DNA from: an uncultured Eubacteriaceae bacterium | Lineage (GTDB): Bacteria; Bacillota; Clostridia; Eubacteriales; UBA1433 | Assembly: GCA_964533615.1 (NCBI GenBank) | Contig: CAZHMK010000005.1 | Coordinates: 20,761-84,760 of the forward strand | DNA length: 64,000 bases | Direction: 5' to 3' | Part shown: piece after piece, positions 37,699 through 50,988 of the stretch | How the letters are laid out: the number at the start of each line of letters is the position of its first letter | Numbering within the stretch: position 1 is the first letter of the stretch | Made by a program: the position numbers and the translations under genes | The notes under the pieces: model-generated | The model's database searches: none | Seen by the model: the letters and a program-made list of their open reading frames with translations, nothing else | Told to the model about the DNA's origin: nothing

Positions 37699-40146
37699 TT
37701 ATTCTTCGGAGTCTTCTTCCGCCGCAACCATTTTCGCGATTGTGATCACTTTTTCACCGTCTTTTAATTTCTGCAACCTTACACCCTGTGCCGCTCTGCC
37801 CATAGAGCTTATTTGCTTTGCTTCTAACCTAATGGCAATGCCCTGATTGTTGATCATCATCAAATCTTCTTCTTTGCTTATAACGTTAAAACCTACAAGC
37901 TCTCCTGTTTTCTTTGTAATATTATAGGTAAGCATGCCCTTGCCGGCTCTGCTTTGTGTGCGGTAATGTTTGATTGCTGTGAGCTTGCCATATCCGTTTT
38001 CACTGACACATAGTACATATTTATTATCATCGGCAATATCCATGCCGATTACACAGTCATCTTTTCTCAAATTTATGCCGCGAACACCTTTTGCGCTTCT
38101 TCCGATGGGACGTACTTCTTTTTCTCCAAAACGTATAGCATAGCCGTTTTTAGTTCCGAGCACGATTTCATTGCTTCCGTTTGTCATTTTCACACTGATA
38201 AGTTCATCTTCATTGTCCAAGTTAATGCCTATAATGCCTGTTTTACGGGAAGTGTCATATTCCTGAAGGGATGTCTTTTTAATCAGCCCTTTTGCCGTGC
38301 CCATAAGCAAATACCATCCATCAACAAAGTTTTCAACCGGGAAGACTTCGGTTATTTTTTCACCAGGCTGCATTTGAAGCAAATTAACGATCGCCATTCC
38401 GCGCGCAGTTCTGGATGCTTCCGGAATCTCATAGGCTTTTAAGCGATACACTCTTCCTTTGTTTGTAAAAAAGAGCAAAAAATGCTTTGTAGTTGTTATA
38501 AATAGATTCTGAATAAAATCATTTTCTCTTGTGCTGAGCGCAGTGATGCCTTTGCCTCCGCGCCTTTGCGCACTATATGTGTCGGCACTGATGCGTTTGA
38601 TATATCCGACATGCGTGAGCGTGATGACAATATCTTCTTTTTCTATAAAATCATCCATAGAAAACTCTTCATAGTCATTTTCAAAATCTGTTCTGCGTTT
38701 ATCGCTGAATTTTTCTTTGATGACACAAAGCTCTTCTTTGATGACATTTAAAATCAACCGTTCGCTTCCAAGCAGCATTGTAAGGTCATCGATAAGCTTT
38801 AAAAGCTGCTGATATTCATTTTCAATCTTTTCTGTTTCAAGCGCAGTAAGTCGCTGCAATCTCATATCCAGAATTGCTTGAGCTTGCCTGTCGCTGAGCA
38901 GGAAGCGCTCCATTAGGCGCATCTTTGCATGTGCACCGTCTTTTGATGTTTTGATAATTTCTACTACTTCATCAATATTTTCAAGCGCGATGCGCAGCCC
39001 TTCCAAAATATGCGCTCTTTCTTCCGCTTTTTCTAAATCATATTTTGTTCTGCGAATAATGATTTCTTTTTGATGCTCAATGTAATAATACATCACTTCT
39101 TTTAAATTTAACACCTTTGGTTCATTATTCACAAGCGCGAGCATGATAACGCCAAATGTTTCCTGCATTTGCGTATACTTGTATAATAAATTTAAAACGA
39201 TCTGCGGGCTGACATCTTTTTTTAAATCAATGGCAATATGCATACCTTCTCTGTTGGATTCATCACGAATATCAGAAATCCCTTCTATTTTTTTATCTTT
39301 TACAAGTTCGGCTATTTTTTCCACAAGTTTTGCTTTATTGACTTGATACGGAATCTCTGTGATAATAATGCGCGATTTGCCTCTTCCGATATCCTCTTCA
39401 ATCGTTGTTTTGGCTCTGATTTTAATGTGGCCTCTTCCGGTTTTATATGCATTATAAATGCCGCTCTTCCCCAAAATAGTGCCGCCTGTAGGAAAATCGG
39501 GTCCTTTGACATACTTCATCAAATCTTCAATCTCTACATCCGGATTATCAATCAAATAACAAATTCCGTCTATGACTTCTCTGAGATTATGCGGCGGTAT
39601 ATTCGTTGCCATTCCAACAGCAATACCTGAAGATCCGTTGACGAGTAGGTTTGGAAATTTTGAAGGCAGCACGGAAGGTTCTTTGAGTGATTCATCAAAA
39701 TTTGGTACAAAATCAACTGTATTTTTTTCGATGTCCTTTAGCATTTCCGAAGCAAGACGTGTCATTTTTGCTTCTGTATAACGCATTGCCGCTGCACTGT
39801 CTCCATCAATAGATCCAAAGTTTCCATGTCCGTCTACGAGTGTATAGCGAATTGAAAAATCTTGCGCCATACGCACCATTGCATCATAGACAGCACTGTC
39901 TCCGTGTGGATGATATTTGCCCAAAACATCCCCAACGAGTCTTGCGCTCTTTTTATAAGCCCTATCAGGCGTCATGCCGATCTCATCCATGGAATAGAGT
40001 ATCCTTCTGTGAACGGGTTTGAGCCCGTCTCGCACATCGGGAAGCGCTCGGCCGACAATGACGCTCATGGCATAATCGATATAGCTGGTTTTCATTTCGT
40101 CAACAATATTGACTTCTTGGATATTATCGTATAATTTGTCTGACAT
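37699..40146 (-). CDS. gyrA: DNA gyrase subunit A
   Basis: [23 protein letters not shown], GyrA-box QRRGGKG. Confidence 0.98.
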   Translation of the reverse strand: MSDKLYDNIQEVNIVDEMKTSYIDYAMSVIVGRALPDVRDGLKPVHRRILYSMDEIGMTPDRAYKKSARLVGDVLGKYHPHGDSAVYDAMVRMAQDFSIRYTLVDGHGNFGSIDGDSAAAMRYTEAKMTRLASEMLKDIEKNTVDFVPNFDESLKEPSVLPSKFPNLLVNGSSGIAVGMATNIPPHNLREVIDGICYLIDNPDVEIEDLMKYVKGPDFPTGGTILGKSGIYNAYKTGRGHIKIRAKTTIEEDIGRGKSRIIITEIPYQVNKAKLVEKIAELVKDKKIEGISDIRDESNREGMHIAIDLKKDVSPQIVLNLLYKYTQMQETFGVIMLALVNNEPKVLNLKEVMYYYIEHQKEIIIRRTKYDLEKAEERAHILEGLRIALENIDEVVEIIKTSKDGAHAKMRLMERFLLSDRQAQAILDMRLQRLTALETEKIENEYQQLLKLIDDLTMLLGSERLILNVIKEELCVIKEKFSDKRRTDFENDYEEFSMDDFIEKEDIVITLTHVGYIKRISADTYSAQRRGGKGITALSTRENDFIQNLFITTTKHFLLFFTNKGRVYRLKAYEIPEASRTARGMAIVNLLQMQPGEKITEVFPVENFVDGWYLLMGTAKGLIKKTSLQEYDTSRKTGIIGINLDNEDELISVKMTNGSNEIVLGTKNGYAIRFGEKEVRPIGRSAKGVRGINLRKDDCVIGMDIADDNKYVLCVSENGYGKLTAIKHYRTQSRAGKGMLTYNITKKTGELVGFNVISKEEDLMMINNQGIAIRLEAKQISSMGRAAQGVRLQKLKDGEKVITIAKMVAAEEDSEE

Positions 40147-40165
40147 ATATTACTCCCATAAAATC

Positions 40166-42097
<1,932 letters not shown>

Positions 42098-43207
42098 TTA
42101 CTCATAAATGGCAAAAACTTTACCGTTAATAATTTCATATAAAAAATAAGAACCTTTATTTAAAAATTTCTTCACATCATCATTTGTAGAGGTAATAACA
42201 ACCTGCATTCCTTGCAGTCTTTCAAGCAGTTTTTGACGTCTTTTTTTATCAAGTTCACTGAAAACATCATCTAAAAGCACAATTGGATATTGATTTGAAT
42301 AATTTTTATAAATTTCCACTTCGCTTAATTTTAAAGCGATACAAGCCGTTTTCTGTTGTCCTTGAGATGAAAATTTTTTTGCATATCTGCCGTTTAAAAA
42401 AATATAAATATCATCCGTATGCGGACCTATTGATGTGGTTGTTTTTTTTATATCCTGCGCAAATGTTTCTTTTAGTTTATTATGATAGATCCTATTTATA
42501 TTTTCTGTTTCGTCAAGCGCAGAAATAACACTGCTTTGATAATTGATCGTCAATTTTTCATTACCTTCAGAGATATCATAATGTATCTTCTGCGCAATTT
42601 TTTCAATTTCATTTAGATGTTTTAATCTTTTTTTTATGATATAAGAGCCCATCATGCATAGCTGCTGATCAAAAATATCAATCATATTGCTATAGGAAGA
42701 ACTTGAATAATTTTTTAAAATTTTATTTCTGTGACGAAGCAATCTGTCATATTCCTGTAGAGCTTTTTTATAGCTTTTGTCAATTTTGGATAAAGCCGAA
42801 TCAATATATCTTCTTCTTCTTTCCGGACCGTCTTTTACAAGCCGCAGATCATCAGGAGAAAAAATCACCGCAAAATACTCTTCATAAAGCTCTGATGCAG
42901 TGATGGTATTTCCGTCTACTTTAATACTTTTTTTATTATTTTTATCTAATTTGATTTCTATTTCATTTGTTAATTTATCTTTGAGGATAGTTCCTTTTAG
43001 TATACTGAATTCTTTTTCATAAGTGATTAAATGAATAAAAGAAGAGTCTCTGTGAGATTTAGCATTTAATAAATAATAAACACTCTCTATAATATTGGTT
43101 TTTCCCTGTGCATTTTTCCCAAAAAGAATTGTATAATTTTCATTAAAACGAAGTTGAAGAGTATCCAAATTCCTGAAATTTTTAATGAAAATATTTTGAA
43201 TATACAT
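42098..43207 (-). CDS. recF: DNA replication and repair protein RecF
   Basis: GKNAQGKTN, GPERRR, GPH.DD, SQGQQK, LLDDVFSELD. Confidence 0.96.
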   Translation of the reverse strand: MYIQNIFIKNFRNLDTLQLRFNENYTILFGKNAQGKTNIIESVYYLLNAKSHRDSSFIHLITYEKEFSILKGTILKDKLTNEIEIKLDKNNKKSIKVDGNTITASELYEEYFAVIFSPDDLRLVKDGPERRRRYIDSALSKIDKSYKKALQEYDRLLRHRNKILKNYSSSSYSNMIDIFDQQLCMMGSYIIKKRLKHLNEIEKIAQKIHYDISEGNEKLTINYQSSVISALDETENINRIYHNKLKETFAQDIKKTTTSIGPHTDDIYIFLNGRYAKKFSSQGQQKTACIALKLSEVEIYKNYSNQYPIVLLDDVFSELDKKRRQKLLERLQGMQVVITSTNDDVKKFLNKGSYFLYEIINGKVFAIYE

Positions 43208-43340
43208 TACTTCTCCATGTATTTTACATAGCTGTTCTCATGTAAAATAAAAATCTCCATAACATTATTATTATAACACAAAAAACAGCACTTATCAAAT
43301 TCTGACAGTACTGTTTTTTTTTTAATTTATATATACTTTT

Positions 43341-44453
43341 TTAATCTTTGTAACGAACAGGAAGGATGACATGAAGCATGTTTTCATTATCGGCTGCTTT
43401 GAGAACACAAGGACTTAAATTATCTATAAAATACATGATAATCTGTTCTTCAGAAATGTTTTTAAGTACATCGATAAAATATTTAGAATTAAATGATATC
43501 CTTATATTTTCTCCTTCTATTTCGCTTTCTATAACTTCGTCAGCGCTTCCGATATCACTTCTTGACAAAATATTAAATTTATTTTCTTCAATATGAAATT
43601 TAATTAAATTATTTTTGCCTTCTCTGGCAACCAGGCTTGCCCTTTCACATGCATATAATAGATCTGTCGCATTTACTTTTACAACCAAGTTACTGTTTTT
43701 TGGAATAATATCTTTATATTTAATAAAACTGCCGTCAATCAAATTCGAAATTATAATTGTATTATTTATTTTAAAATGTACTTTATTTTCATGATATTTT
43801 ATATAGATTTCTTTTACATTTTCTATATTTAATATTTTATACATTTCATTTAAAACTCTGGCCGGAATAATACATGATAATTTTGTATCAGAGGTAATCT
43901 CTTCTTTTCGAATAGCCATTCTGTATCCATCTAATGCCGTTAATTGAAAACTGTCTTGATTTATTTCCAATAAAAGACCTGTAAGCACCGGCATTTGCTC
44001 TTCACTTGCAGCTGCAAAAATCGTTTCTTTAATGCATCTTTTTAATTTTTCATTTTCTATTGTTATATAACCGTCTGACTCCATGATTGCAAGAGACGGA
44101 TAATTTTCGGCATTATAGGTCAAAATTGTAATTTGAGATTCTCCTGAAAGGATTTTTATTTTGTTATCATCTTCAGAGTAAATTATAATCTGTTCAGACG
44201 GTAATTTACGTATGATTTCCATTAGGATTCTACTCGGTATTACAACACTTCCATTTTCACTTTCCGTTACAGAAACTTTTGTATATACACTCATTTCTAA
44301 GTCAGTTGCATAGAGTGTAAGATTATTATCTTCAACTGAAAAATAAATTCCTTCAAGAATGGGATTTGTACTTTTACTGAGTACGGCTTTGGATACATAA
44401 CTGAGTGCTATGAGGATATCTGTTCGATTTATAGTAAATTTCATGTGCATCAC
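43341..44453 (-). CDS. dnaN: DNA polymerase III beta clamp
   Basis: PILEG, ATDLE, ALDGYRMA, C-terminal ILPVR; follows dnaA. Confidence 0.96.
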   Translation of the reverse strand: MMHMKFTINRTDILIALSYVSKAVLSKSTNPILEGIYFSVEDNNLTLYATDLEMSVYTKVSVTESENGSVVIPSRILMEIIRKLPSEQIIIYSEDDNKIKILSGESQITILTYNAENYPSLAIMESDGYITIENEKLKRCIKETIFAAASEEQMPVLTGLLLEINQDSFQLTALDGYRMAIRKEEITSDTKLSCIIPARVLNEMYKILNIENVKEIYIKYHENKVHFKINNTIIISNLIDGSFIKYKDIIPKNSNLVVKVNATDLLYACERASLVAREGKNNLIKFHIEENKFNILSRSDIGSADEVIESEIEGENIRISFNSKYFIDVLKNISEEQIIMYFIDNLSPCVLKAADNENMLHVILPVRYKD

Positions 44454-44454
44454 C

Positions 44455-44598
44455 TTTTTTTATAAATATTATAAAATATTGTTAGTAATAGTAGTAGTAC
44501 TGTTAGTATTGTTGATAAGTAAAATTTTAACTTAAAAAACGCCTTTATTCAAGTTTAAATTAAAGTTAACAATTTGTTTATAATAAATGAATATTTCT
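44455..44598. other. oriC: oriC unwinding region (DnaA boxes, DnaA-trios, AT-rich DUE)
   Basis: Minus strand TTATCAACA-ATACTAACA then CTACTACTATTACTA (trios at 44483-44497) and an AT-rich tract before dnaN, as in the Bacillota basal unwinding system. Confidence 0.85.
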
Positions 44599-45936
44599 CT
44601 AATGCTGAAAAGTTCGTATTTCTTTAATTATTTTTTCGATATCGTTTTTTAAAATATGGTTTTTTGCAGCATCGTCTTTTATTTTTTCGCAAGCGTACAG
44701 CACGGTTGTGTGATCTCTATTACCGAATTCTGCGCCAATTTGCTTTGTGGAATGATCTGTCAAAATGCGTGTAAGATACATAGCTACTTGTCTTGGGTAG
44801 GCAACGAGTTTGGTTCGCTGTTTTGAAGATAAATCTTCTACACTTACATTAAAGTAACTGCTTACAACAGTTTTAATACTGTCTACTGTAATTTTTTTAT
44901 TATTTATAGAGGTGATATCTTTAATTTCATTTTTAACCAGATCCAGTGTGATGGCTTGTTGTGTGAGTTCACTGATAGCTTTAACTTTAAGCAGCACACC
45001 TTCAAGCTCACGAATATTTGACTGGATATTTGAGGCAATAAAGTCAATAACTTCTTTATCAATTTGAATATTTTCTCTTTCGGATTTTCTACGAAGAATT
45101 GCAACGCGTGTTTCAAAATCCGGAGGTTGGATATCGCAGATAAGTCCTTGTTCAAATCTTGAACGCAGTCTTTCTTCAAGCCTTGGGATTTCTTTAGGTG
45201 GTTTGTCACTTGAAATAACAATTTGTTTATTGTCAGCCTGAAGAGCACAGAAAGTGTGAAAAAATTCTTCCTGTGTACTCTCTCCTCCTCCGATAAACTG
45301 AATGTCATCGATGAGCAATACATCTACGGTTCTGTATTTGTTTCTAAAAGAAATATTCGTCTTTTTTTGAAGCGCATAGATAAATTCATTCATAAACTGT
45401 TCTGAAGATATGTAGAGAATTTTCATTTTAGGTTTTCTTTTATGAATATAATTCCCTATTGCATGCATCAGATGCGTTTTACCGAGTCCTACACCTCCGT
45501 AAATAAACAAAGGATTATATTTTTTGGCAGGAGTCTCCGAGACTGCAAGGGATGCGGCATAAGCAAAATGATTGCTGCTGCCGACAACAAACGTATCAAA
45601 AGTGTAGCGATCTATCAGATTGGGTGTATAAGAAGGCTTATCCACCTGATTGATAGGGGAATTAATATATAATGATGCATCAGACTGCAGTATAAATTCA
45701 ACTTTATAATATTCTCCGTCAGTTGTATATTTTAATGTATTGGAAATGAGTACTATATATCTTGCTTCTAATATATTTTTCTTGAAATCTTCATCTACCT
45801 GCAGAATCAACGTATTTTTATCAATTGAAAGAGGAACGAGAGGCTTGATAAATGAATCAAATATATTTGGTCTCAACTCGCTTTTTAAATTATGTAAAAC
45901 TTTTTCCCATATAGATAGCGCGTCTCTTTTTTCCAT
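44599..45936 (-). CDS. dnaA: Chromosomal replication initiator
   Basis: YTFDTFVVG, YNPLFIYGGVGLGKTHL, LIDDIQF, RLRSRF, NIRELEG, RDHTTV. Confidence 0.98.
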   Translation of the reverse strand: MEKRDALSIWEKVLHNLKSELRPNIFDSFIKPLVPLSIDKNTLILQVDEDFKKNILEARYIVLISNTLKYTTDGEYYKVEFILQSDASLYINSPINQVDKPSYTPNLIDRYTFDTFVVGSSNHFAYAASLAVSETPAKKYNPLFIYGGVGLGKTHLMHAIGNYIHKRKPKMKILYISSEQFMNEFIYALQKKTNISFRNKYRTVDVLLIDDIQFIGGGESTQEEFFHTFCALQADNKQIVISSDKPPKEIPRLEERLRSRFEQGLICDIQPPDFETRVAILRRKSERENIQIDKEVIDFIASNIQSNIRELEGVLLKVKAISELTQQAITLDLVKNEIKDITSINNKKITVDSIKTVVSSYFNVSVEDLSSKQRTKLVAYPRQVAMYLTRILTDHSTKQIGAEFGNRDHTTVLYACEKIKDDAAKNHILKNDIEKIIKEIRTFQH

Positions 45937-45949
45937 GGATATATACTCC

Positions 45950-46380
45950 TTGTGTTAATAAGTTAATAATAAGATATACACATGTATAATAACATCTGAT
46001 TTACATGTGGATAGTAATAAAAAAGTATTCTACGTTTAAAATGTAAACAGCAAAATAAACAAAAAAAGTATGTTACTTATTCACAATTTTCACAATAAAA
46101 AAATCAAGTAAATTAAAACCGAGTGTATTATTTATTAAAAAATAGATTATACGTTACTAACAGTTATCAACAACTTTTCCACATCTTGTGGAAAAGTGGA
46201 TAAGTAAACTGTTTATAAATCATCACTATGATAAATAATAGCAAAGAAATCATAAGTTATCAACATAAAAAATGAAAATTATTAACAGAAATTAAAATAA
46301 TTTTTTATATCACAAACAAGATATATTAAGTAAATAGTAAGATTTTTAAATATGGAAAAATATGTTTTTAACAATAGTTA
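45950..46380. other. oriC: oriC upstream DnaA-box cluster
   Basis: TTATTCACA 46077-85, TTATCAACA 46164-72, TTTTCCACA 46175-83, TGTGGAAAA 46187-95, AGTGGATAA 46195-203 and further degenerate boxes between dnaA and rpmH. Confidence 0.85.
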
Positions 46381-46440
46381 TTGACAACTTTTTGTTACTA
46401 CTATATAATTCTTGACACATCTTTACGCTGATAATATAAT
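46381..46440 (+). promoter_or_regulatory. Two tandem consensus sigmaA promoters of rpmH
   Basis: TTGACA(46381)-17-TATAAT(46404) and TTGACA(46412)-17-TATAAT(46435). Confidence 0.85.
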
Positions 46441-46496
46441 ATAATAATTGATTATAAAGAAAAGTAAGGCTGTTTGGATGGAGGAGGGAAATACAA

Positions 46497-46631
46497 ATGA
46501 AAATGACATTTCAGCCCAACACAAGAAAAAGAAAGAAAAAACATGGCTTTAGAATAAGAATGGCTTCAAAAAGCGGAAGAAATATTTTAAGCAGAAGAAG
46601 AGATAAACAAAGAAAAAAATTATCTGCATAG
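46497..46631 (+). CDS. rpmH: 50S ribosomal protein L34
   Basis: Not in the ORF track; [44 protein letters not shown]; GGAGG RBS. Confidence 0.97.
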   Translation: MKMTFQPNTRKRKKKHGFRIRMASKSGRNILSRRRDKQRKKLSA

Positions 46632-46670
46632 ACCGCTTAAAACAGGCGGTCTTGTTGATATGTAAGCATA

Positions 46671-47021
46671 ATGATGAATAATACGCAAATGCTTAAAAAA
46701 AACGATTTTAAGAAAATTTACAACAACGCGCCTTCTTATGTAAATAGATATGTAGTGGTGCTTTGTATAGAAAATGACTTATCTTATAACAGGTTGGGCA
46801 TTGTAGCCAGTAAAAAAGTTGGCAATAGCGTAAAGCGAAACAAAGCCAGACGCAGAATCAGAGAAATTTACAGGCTAAACGAGAAAGATATTAAAAAAGG
46901 ATATGACATAGTCATTATAGCAAGAATGGCAATTCATAGTACAACTTTTGCAGACCTTGAAAAAACGATTTTAAAATTGCTGAAAAAATTTAAGATTTAT
47001 GAAAAGAATGATAGATTATGA
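46671..47021 (+). CDS. rnpA: Ribonuclease P protein component
   Basis: [25 protein letters not shown]. Confidence 0.96.
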   Translation: MMNNTQMLKKNDFKKIYNNAPSYVNRYVVVLCIENDLSYNRLGIVASKKVGNSVKRNKARRRIREIYRLNEKDIKKGYDIVIIARMAIHSTTFADLEKTILKLLKKFKIYEKNDRL

Positions 47022-47227
47022 AATATATATGTATTAAAATGATAAAAGGATATCAAAAATATATTTCACCTGGTCTGCCGCCAAGATGTAGATTTTATCC
47101 AACCTGTTCATCTTATAGTATTGAGGCGTTTGAAAAATATGGATTTGCAAAAGGAATGTATTTATCCTTAAAAAGAATTTTGAAATGTAATCCATTTTTT
47201 AAAGGTGGATATGATCCTGTTCCTTAA
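47018..47227 (+). CDS. yidD: Membrane protein insertion efficiency factor
   Basis: [31 protein letters not shown]. Confidence 0.96.
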   Translation: MKYICIKMIKGYQKYISPGLPPRCRFYPTCSSYSIEAFEKYGFAKGMYLSLKRILKCNPFFKGGYDPVP

Positions 47228-47248
47228 TAGATAAAATTCGGAGGAAAT

Positions 47249-47995
47249 ATGTCAGTATTATACCAAATATTCGGGAAAGCTTTATACTTAATTTATGACC
47301 TGCTCGGCAGCTATGGACTGGCGGTTGTTATTTTTTCTATCTTAGCAAAAGTGGTATTGTTACCGCTTACGATAAGACAAAATAAGTCCATGAAAATCAT
47401 GAAAGATATTCAGCCGGAACTTGAAAAACTTCAGAAAAAATATTCAGATAATAAAGAGAAATTAAATATAGAAACACAAAAAATTTATCAAAAATATAAT
47501 TATAATCCACTCAGCGGATGTTTGCCGATATTACTGCAGTTTCCGATTATTGCAGCTTTGTTTATGGTGCTGCGACAACCGGAAACGTGGGTTTTTACAA
47601 ATGGTATGGATGCCATAAATATGAGTTTTTTATGGATACAGAACTTAGGCTTACCGGATGCAATGAATTTTTTGGCAGACGGAACAAAATTAAGTATTTT
47701 TAATCAGTTCCCGCAGATCGTTGAAGCGGTAAAAAGTGGTGCGAACAACGGGTGGTACATATTCCCGATATTATCGATTGTATCACAGATATTTATGACG
47801 AGAATGATGAGCCAGACGCAATCAGAACAGCAAAGAAATCAAATGAAATTTATGAATTATGCGATGTATGTCATGATTGGGTATTTCTCATTTACATTCC
47901 CGGCAGGGCTTGCAATTTATTGGTTTATACAAACAACACTGTCGATACTTCAGCAATATATTATGTTTAGAGAGAAACCTAAAAAGGATGTGTAG
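47249..47995 (+). CDS. yidC: YidC/Oxa1 membrane protein insertase
   Basis: LLPLTIRQ, IQPE, NPLSGCLPILLQFPI, FLWI, PAGLAIYW. Confidence 0.95.
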   Translation: MSVLYQIFGKALYLIYDLLGSYGLAVVIFSILAKVVLLPLTIRQNKSMKIMKDIQPELEKLQKKYSDNKEKLNIETQKIYQKYNYNPLSGCLPILLQFPIIAALFMVLRQPETWVFTNGMDAINMSFLWIQNLGLPDAMNFLADGTKLSIFNQFPQIVEAVKSGANNGWYIFPILSIVSQIFMTRMMSQTQSEQQRNQMKFMNYAMYVMIGYFSFTFPAGLAIYWFIQTTLSILQQYIMFREKPKKDV

Positions 47996-47998
47996 GAG

Positions 47999-48622
47999 AT
48001 GCAAAAATCTGTTATCATAAAAGCCAGAACTGTGGAGGAAGCCATTGAGAATGCGCTTAGAGAATTAGAGGCAACCATTGATCAGGTAGATACCAAAATA
48101 CTTGAAATACCATCAGCAGGATTGATAGGTAAAATCGGAAAGCAGGCAAAAGTGGAAGTGACTTTGCTTGAAAAAATGTCTCAAGATGTTGCGGTATCTT
48201 TTTTGCAGCAGCTGACTGCAGCGATGAATATCCCTGCTACAATAACTGCTCAAGAAAGAGAAGACGGTATTTTAAGCATAGATATGAATGGACAAGATAT
48301 GCGTCTGTTAATCGGAAGACGCGGTATTACCTTGGATGCCATTCAGTATTTGACAAGTCTGGCAGTGAATAAAAACAGTGATGAATATGTAAAAATTATT
48401 TTGAATACAGAAGGATACAGAGAAAAAAGGGAAAAAGCGTTGAAAGAATTTGCCGACAAAATGGCCGGCCGCGTTATTCGAAGCGGACGTAAAGTAGAGC
48501 TGGAGCCAATGAATCCCTATGAGAGACGAATTATCCATGCTTCTTTGCAAAACAACAGAAAAGTACAGACAAAAAGTCAGGGAGAGGAACCCTACCGAAG
48601 AGTTATTATTGAATTAAAATAG
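47999..48622 (+). CDS. jag: RNA-binding cell elongation regulator Jag/EloR
   Basis: Jag-N TVEEAI, KH LIGRRG.TLDAIQYL, R3H ERRIIH. Confidence 0.95.
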   Translation: MQKSVIIKARTVEEAIENALRELEATIDQVDTKILEIPSAGLIGKIGKQAKVEVTLLEKMSQDVAVSFLQQLTAAMNIPATITAQEREDGILSIDMNGQDMRLLIGRRGITLDAIQYLTSLAVNKNSDEYVKIILNTEGYREKREKALKEFADKMAGRVIRSGRKVELEPMNPYERRIIHASLQNNRKVQTKSQGEEPYRRVIIELK

Positions 48623-48627
48623 TAGTT

Positions 48628-48665
48628 AATAAAAAAGGACTGTAAGAAAACAGTCCTTTTTTATT
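48628..48665. terminator. Bidirectional intrinsic terminator
   Basis: AATAAAAAAGGACTGT...ACAGTCCTTTTTTATT. Confidence 0.85.
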
Positions 48666-48672
48666 GCAGGAA

Positions 48673-50145
48673 TTAATCAAGGGTTTTTATGAGAGGGGTA
48701 TTTTGTATTTGTTTAGCAGATGAATTGTTGTCTTGCTCTATCCAGCGGTTTATTTTTTTCATTTCCGCATGTATAAAAATAAATACGATCAATGCGGAAA
48801 TACTGTCGGCAGCCGGTCCCGCATAGAGAATACCGTTGAGATTAAAAAATAGCGGCAGTATTAAAATAAGCGGTACAAGCAAAATCAATTGGCGCAGCGC
48901 GGAAAGGATGGAGGCTTTGAGTGCCTGGCCGGTGGCTTGGAAGAAACTTGTCGATATAATTTGAAAGCCGGATAAAAAAACAGCAAATGTAAAAATACGA
49001 ATGCATTTGACGGCAAAATTCGTAAAATTTTCACTTTGTGTTCCAAAAAGGCTTAAAATTTGTACCGGGAAAATTTGACACAAAAGCCACCCGATGATAA
49101 TGATGCCGCTTGCTGCGCTGACAGCGAGATAATAGCATCTTTTTAAACGATGCGGTTGATTTGCGCCGAAATTAAAGCCTATAATCGGCTGGCTTCCAAG
49201 CCCGACACCGACACCGATTGCAACGAGGATCATCACGATTTTCATAACAATACCCATTGCAGAGAGCGCAATGTCGCTGCCTACCTGCGGGTCTAAATTA
49301 CCATAATAAACCAGAGAATTATTCATAACTGTCTGTGTTAAAGTGGCGGAACCATGTGTGATAGCCGAGGACAGACCGAGAGCCATGGTGGTGCGCCACA
49401 GACGGAAGTTTGGTTTTAAATATTTTTTTCTGAGCTTCATATGTTTTGCGTATTTTAAAAAGTAAATCGTGAGGATGAAAAAAGTAATAAATTGAGATGT
49501 AACCGTGGCAATAGCAGCACCTTTTACGCCCCATCCGAGTACAAATATATAGATAGGATCCAGTATACAATTCAAAGCGGCACCTATAATTACGCTGTAC
49601 ATCGACATACGGGGGGACCCGTCGGCTCTTGCTAAATTGGATAAGGTGATTCCTAAAACACCAAAGGGAGAACCAAGCAGGATGATAGATGCATAATCAA
49701 GCGCATACGGCATTACAGAAGGAGTCGCACCAAAAAGTGTTAGAAGAGGTTTTAAAAAAATAAGACCCAGGATCATGATGGTAAGACCGATCAGTACAGC
49801 TAAAATATATTGGTTTGTCAGTGTTTTTTCGGCTTCATCTTCTTTTTGCTGACCGAGTTTGATGGAAGCATAGGCGGAGGCACCAATGCCGATCATGCTT
49901 GCAAAAGCCAACATAATGGTCATAATCGGAAACGCTACCGTTGTTGCGGCGTTTCCCAAATAGCCTACACCTTGTCCGATAAAAATTTGGTCAACGATAT
50001 TATAAATGGAATTGATAAGCATTTGAACAATGGAAGGGATCGAAAAACTAAGCAAAAGTTTTCCTATGGGCATATATCCTAAAGGATTTTCTTTTTTTTC
50101 ATTATTTGAAGTATTTAATGGCATATTTTTTTTACTGTTGGTCAT
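48673..50145 (-). CDS. MATE family efflux transporter (MepA-like)
   Basis: YNIVDQIFIGQGVG, RADGSP, LDPIYIF..GVKGAAIAT, QPIIGFNFGA. Confidence 0.92.
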   Translation of the reverse strand: MTNSKKNMPLNTSNNEKKENPLGYMPIGKLLLSFSIPSIVQMLINSIYNIVDQIFIGQGVGYLGNAATTVAFPIMTIMLAFASMIGIGASAYASIKLGQQKEDEAEKTLTNQYILAVLIGLTIMILGLIFLKPLLTLFGATPSVMPYALDYASIILLGSPFGVLGITLSNLARADGSPRMSMYSVIIGAALNCILDPIYIFVLGWGVKGAAIATVTSQFITFFILTIYFLKYAKHMKLRKKYLKPNFRLWRTTMALGLSSAITHGSATLTQTVMNNSLVYYGNLDPQVGSDIALSAMGIVMKIVMILVAIGVGVGLGSQPIIGFNFGANQPHRLKRCYYLAVSAASGIIIIGWLLCQIFPVQILSLFGTQSENFTNFAVKCIRIFTFAVFLSGFQIISTSFFQATGQALKASILSALRQLILLVPLILILPLFFNLNGILYAGPAADSISALIVFIFIHAEMKKINRWIEQDNNSSAKQIQNTPLIKTLD

Positions 50146-50148
50146 AAG

Positions 50149-50625
50149 TTATTTCTCCTCTGTTGTGTCGGCATCCCAAAGTTCATCTTTTTGTGTGTGC
50201 ATATGCATATACGCATTTTTTGCCATAACGCCCAGCAGCCGATAGGCATCATTAATTTCTGCTTCAGACATACCTTGCACTAAGATTTCGTTCCATTGTT
50301 TTTGAAGGCAAAGAGTTGCCTCTATGACCGGCAAAGCTTTTTTTGTGATATAGACATGACGTATTCTGCGGTCTGCCGCGCATATTTTAAAAGAAATATA
50401 TCCTTTTCGATGAAGTTTTTGCAGGGCTCGTGTTGTAGTGCTTTGATCTAAAATCCCTTTTTTAGCAAGCTTTAGAATACTAATACCTTCGTTATCATAA
50501 ATACATAGTAAAAGGAATTGCTGTCCCCAGCCAATACCATACGGTCTGAGTGCCTGGTCATAATAACAGTGCCCGTTTTGATTTATAATTGCGGCGAATT
50601 TTCCAAGGGTTATATTGTTCATCAT
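50149..50625 (-). CDS. MarR family transcriptional regulator
   Basis: DQSTTTRALQKL..KGYI, DRR; start set at MMNN after GGGAGA; 3 nt upstream of the MATE gene. Confidence 0.88.
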   Translation of the reverse strand: MMNNITLGKFAAIINQNGHCYYDQALRPYGIGWGQQFLLLCIYDNEGISILKLAKKGILDQSTTTRALQKLHRKGYISFKICAADRRIRHVYITKKALPVIEATLCLQKQWNEILVQGMSEAEINDAYRLLGVMAKNAYMHMHTQKDELWDADTTEEK

Positions 50626-50655
50626 AGTTTTCTCCCATACGACAAGATGTAAAAC

Positions 50656-50671
50656 TTGCATATGCATGCAA
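50656..50671. promoter_or_regulatory. Putative MarR operator
   Basis: TTGCAT-ATGC-ATGCAA inverted repeat abutting a minus-strand TTGCAT-17-TATATT promoter. Confidence 0.5.
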
Positions 50672-50988
50672 ATATAGCACAGAAGAGATGTTTATGCAAG
50701 TTATGAGAGCGTTTAACAGAGAGTAACTTTAAAAAAGTTTAAGAAATTATTATTTTATTCTTTTTTATATAAAAAACCGTGCAGATCAGTATATTTAATA
50801 GGCTTATTGATAAAAAAAGAAACTTTTGGGCAATCGCCAAATATGAATTAACGATGTTTGTTAAAATCCAAATACTGTTTTTTTTATCACAATCATTTCA
50901 ATTGGCATTTAGAATACTATATAATATAGATGAACATTTTCCAGGCATTTTGAATTTTTGCTTAAAATAAGATGTGGAGGAAATCATT

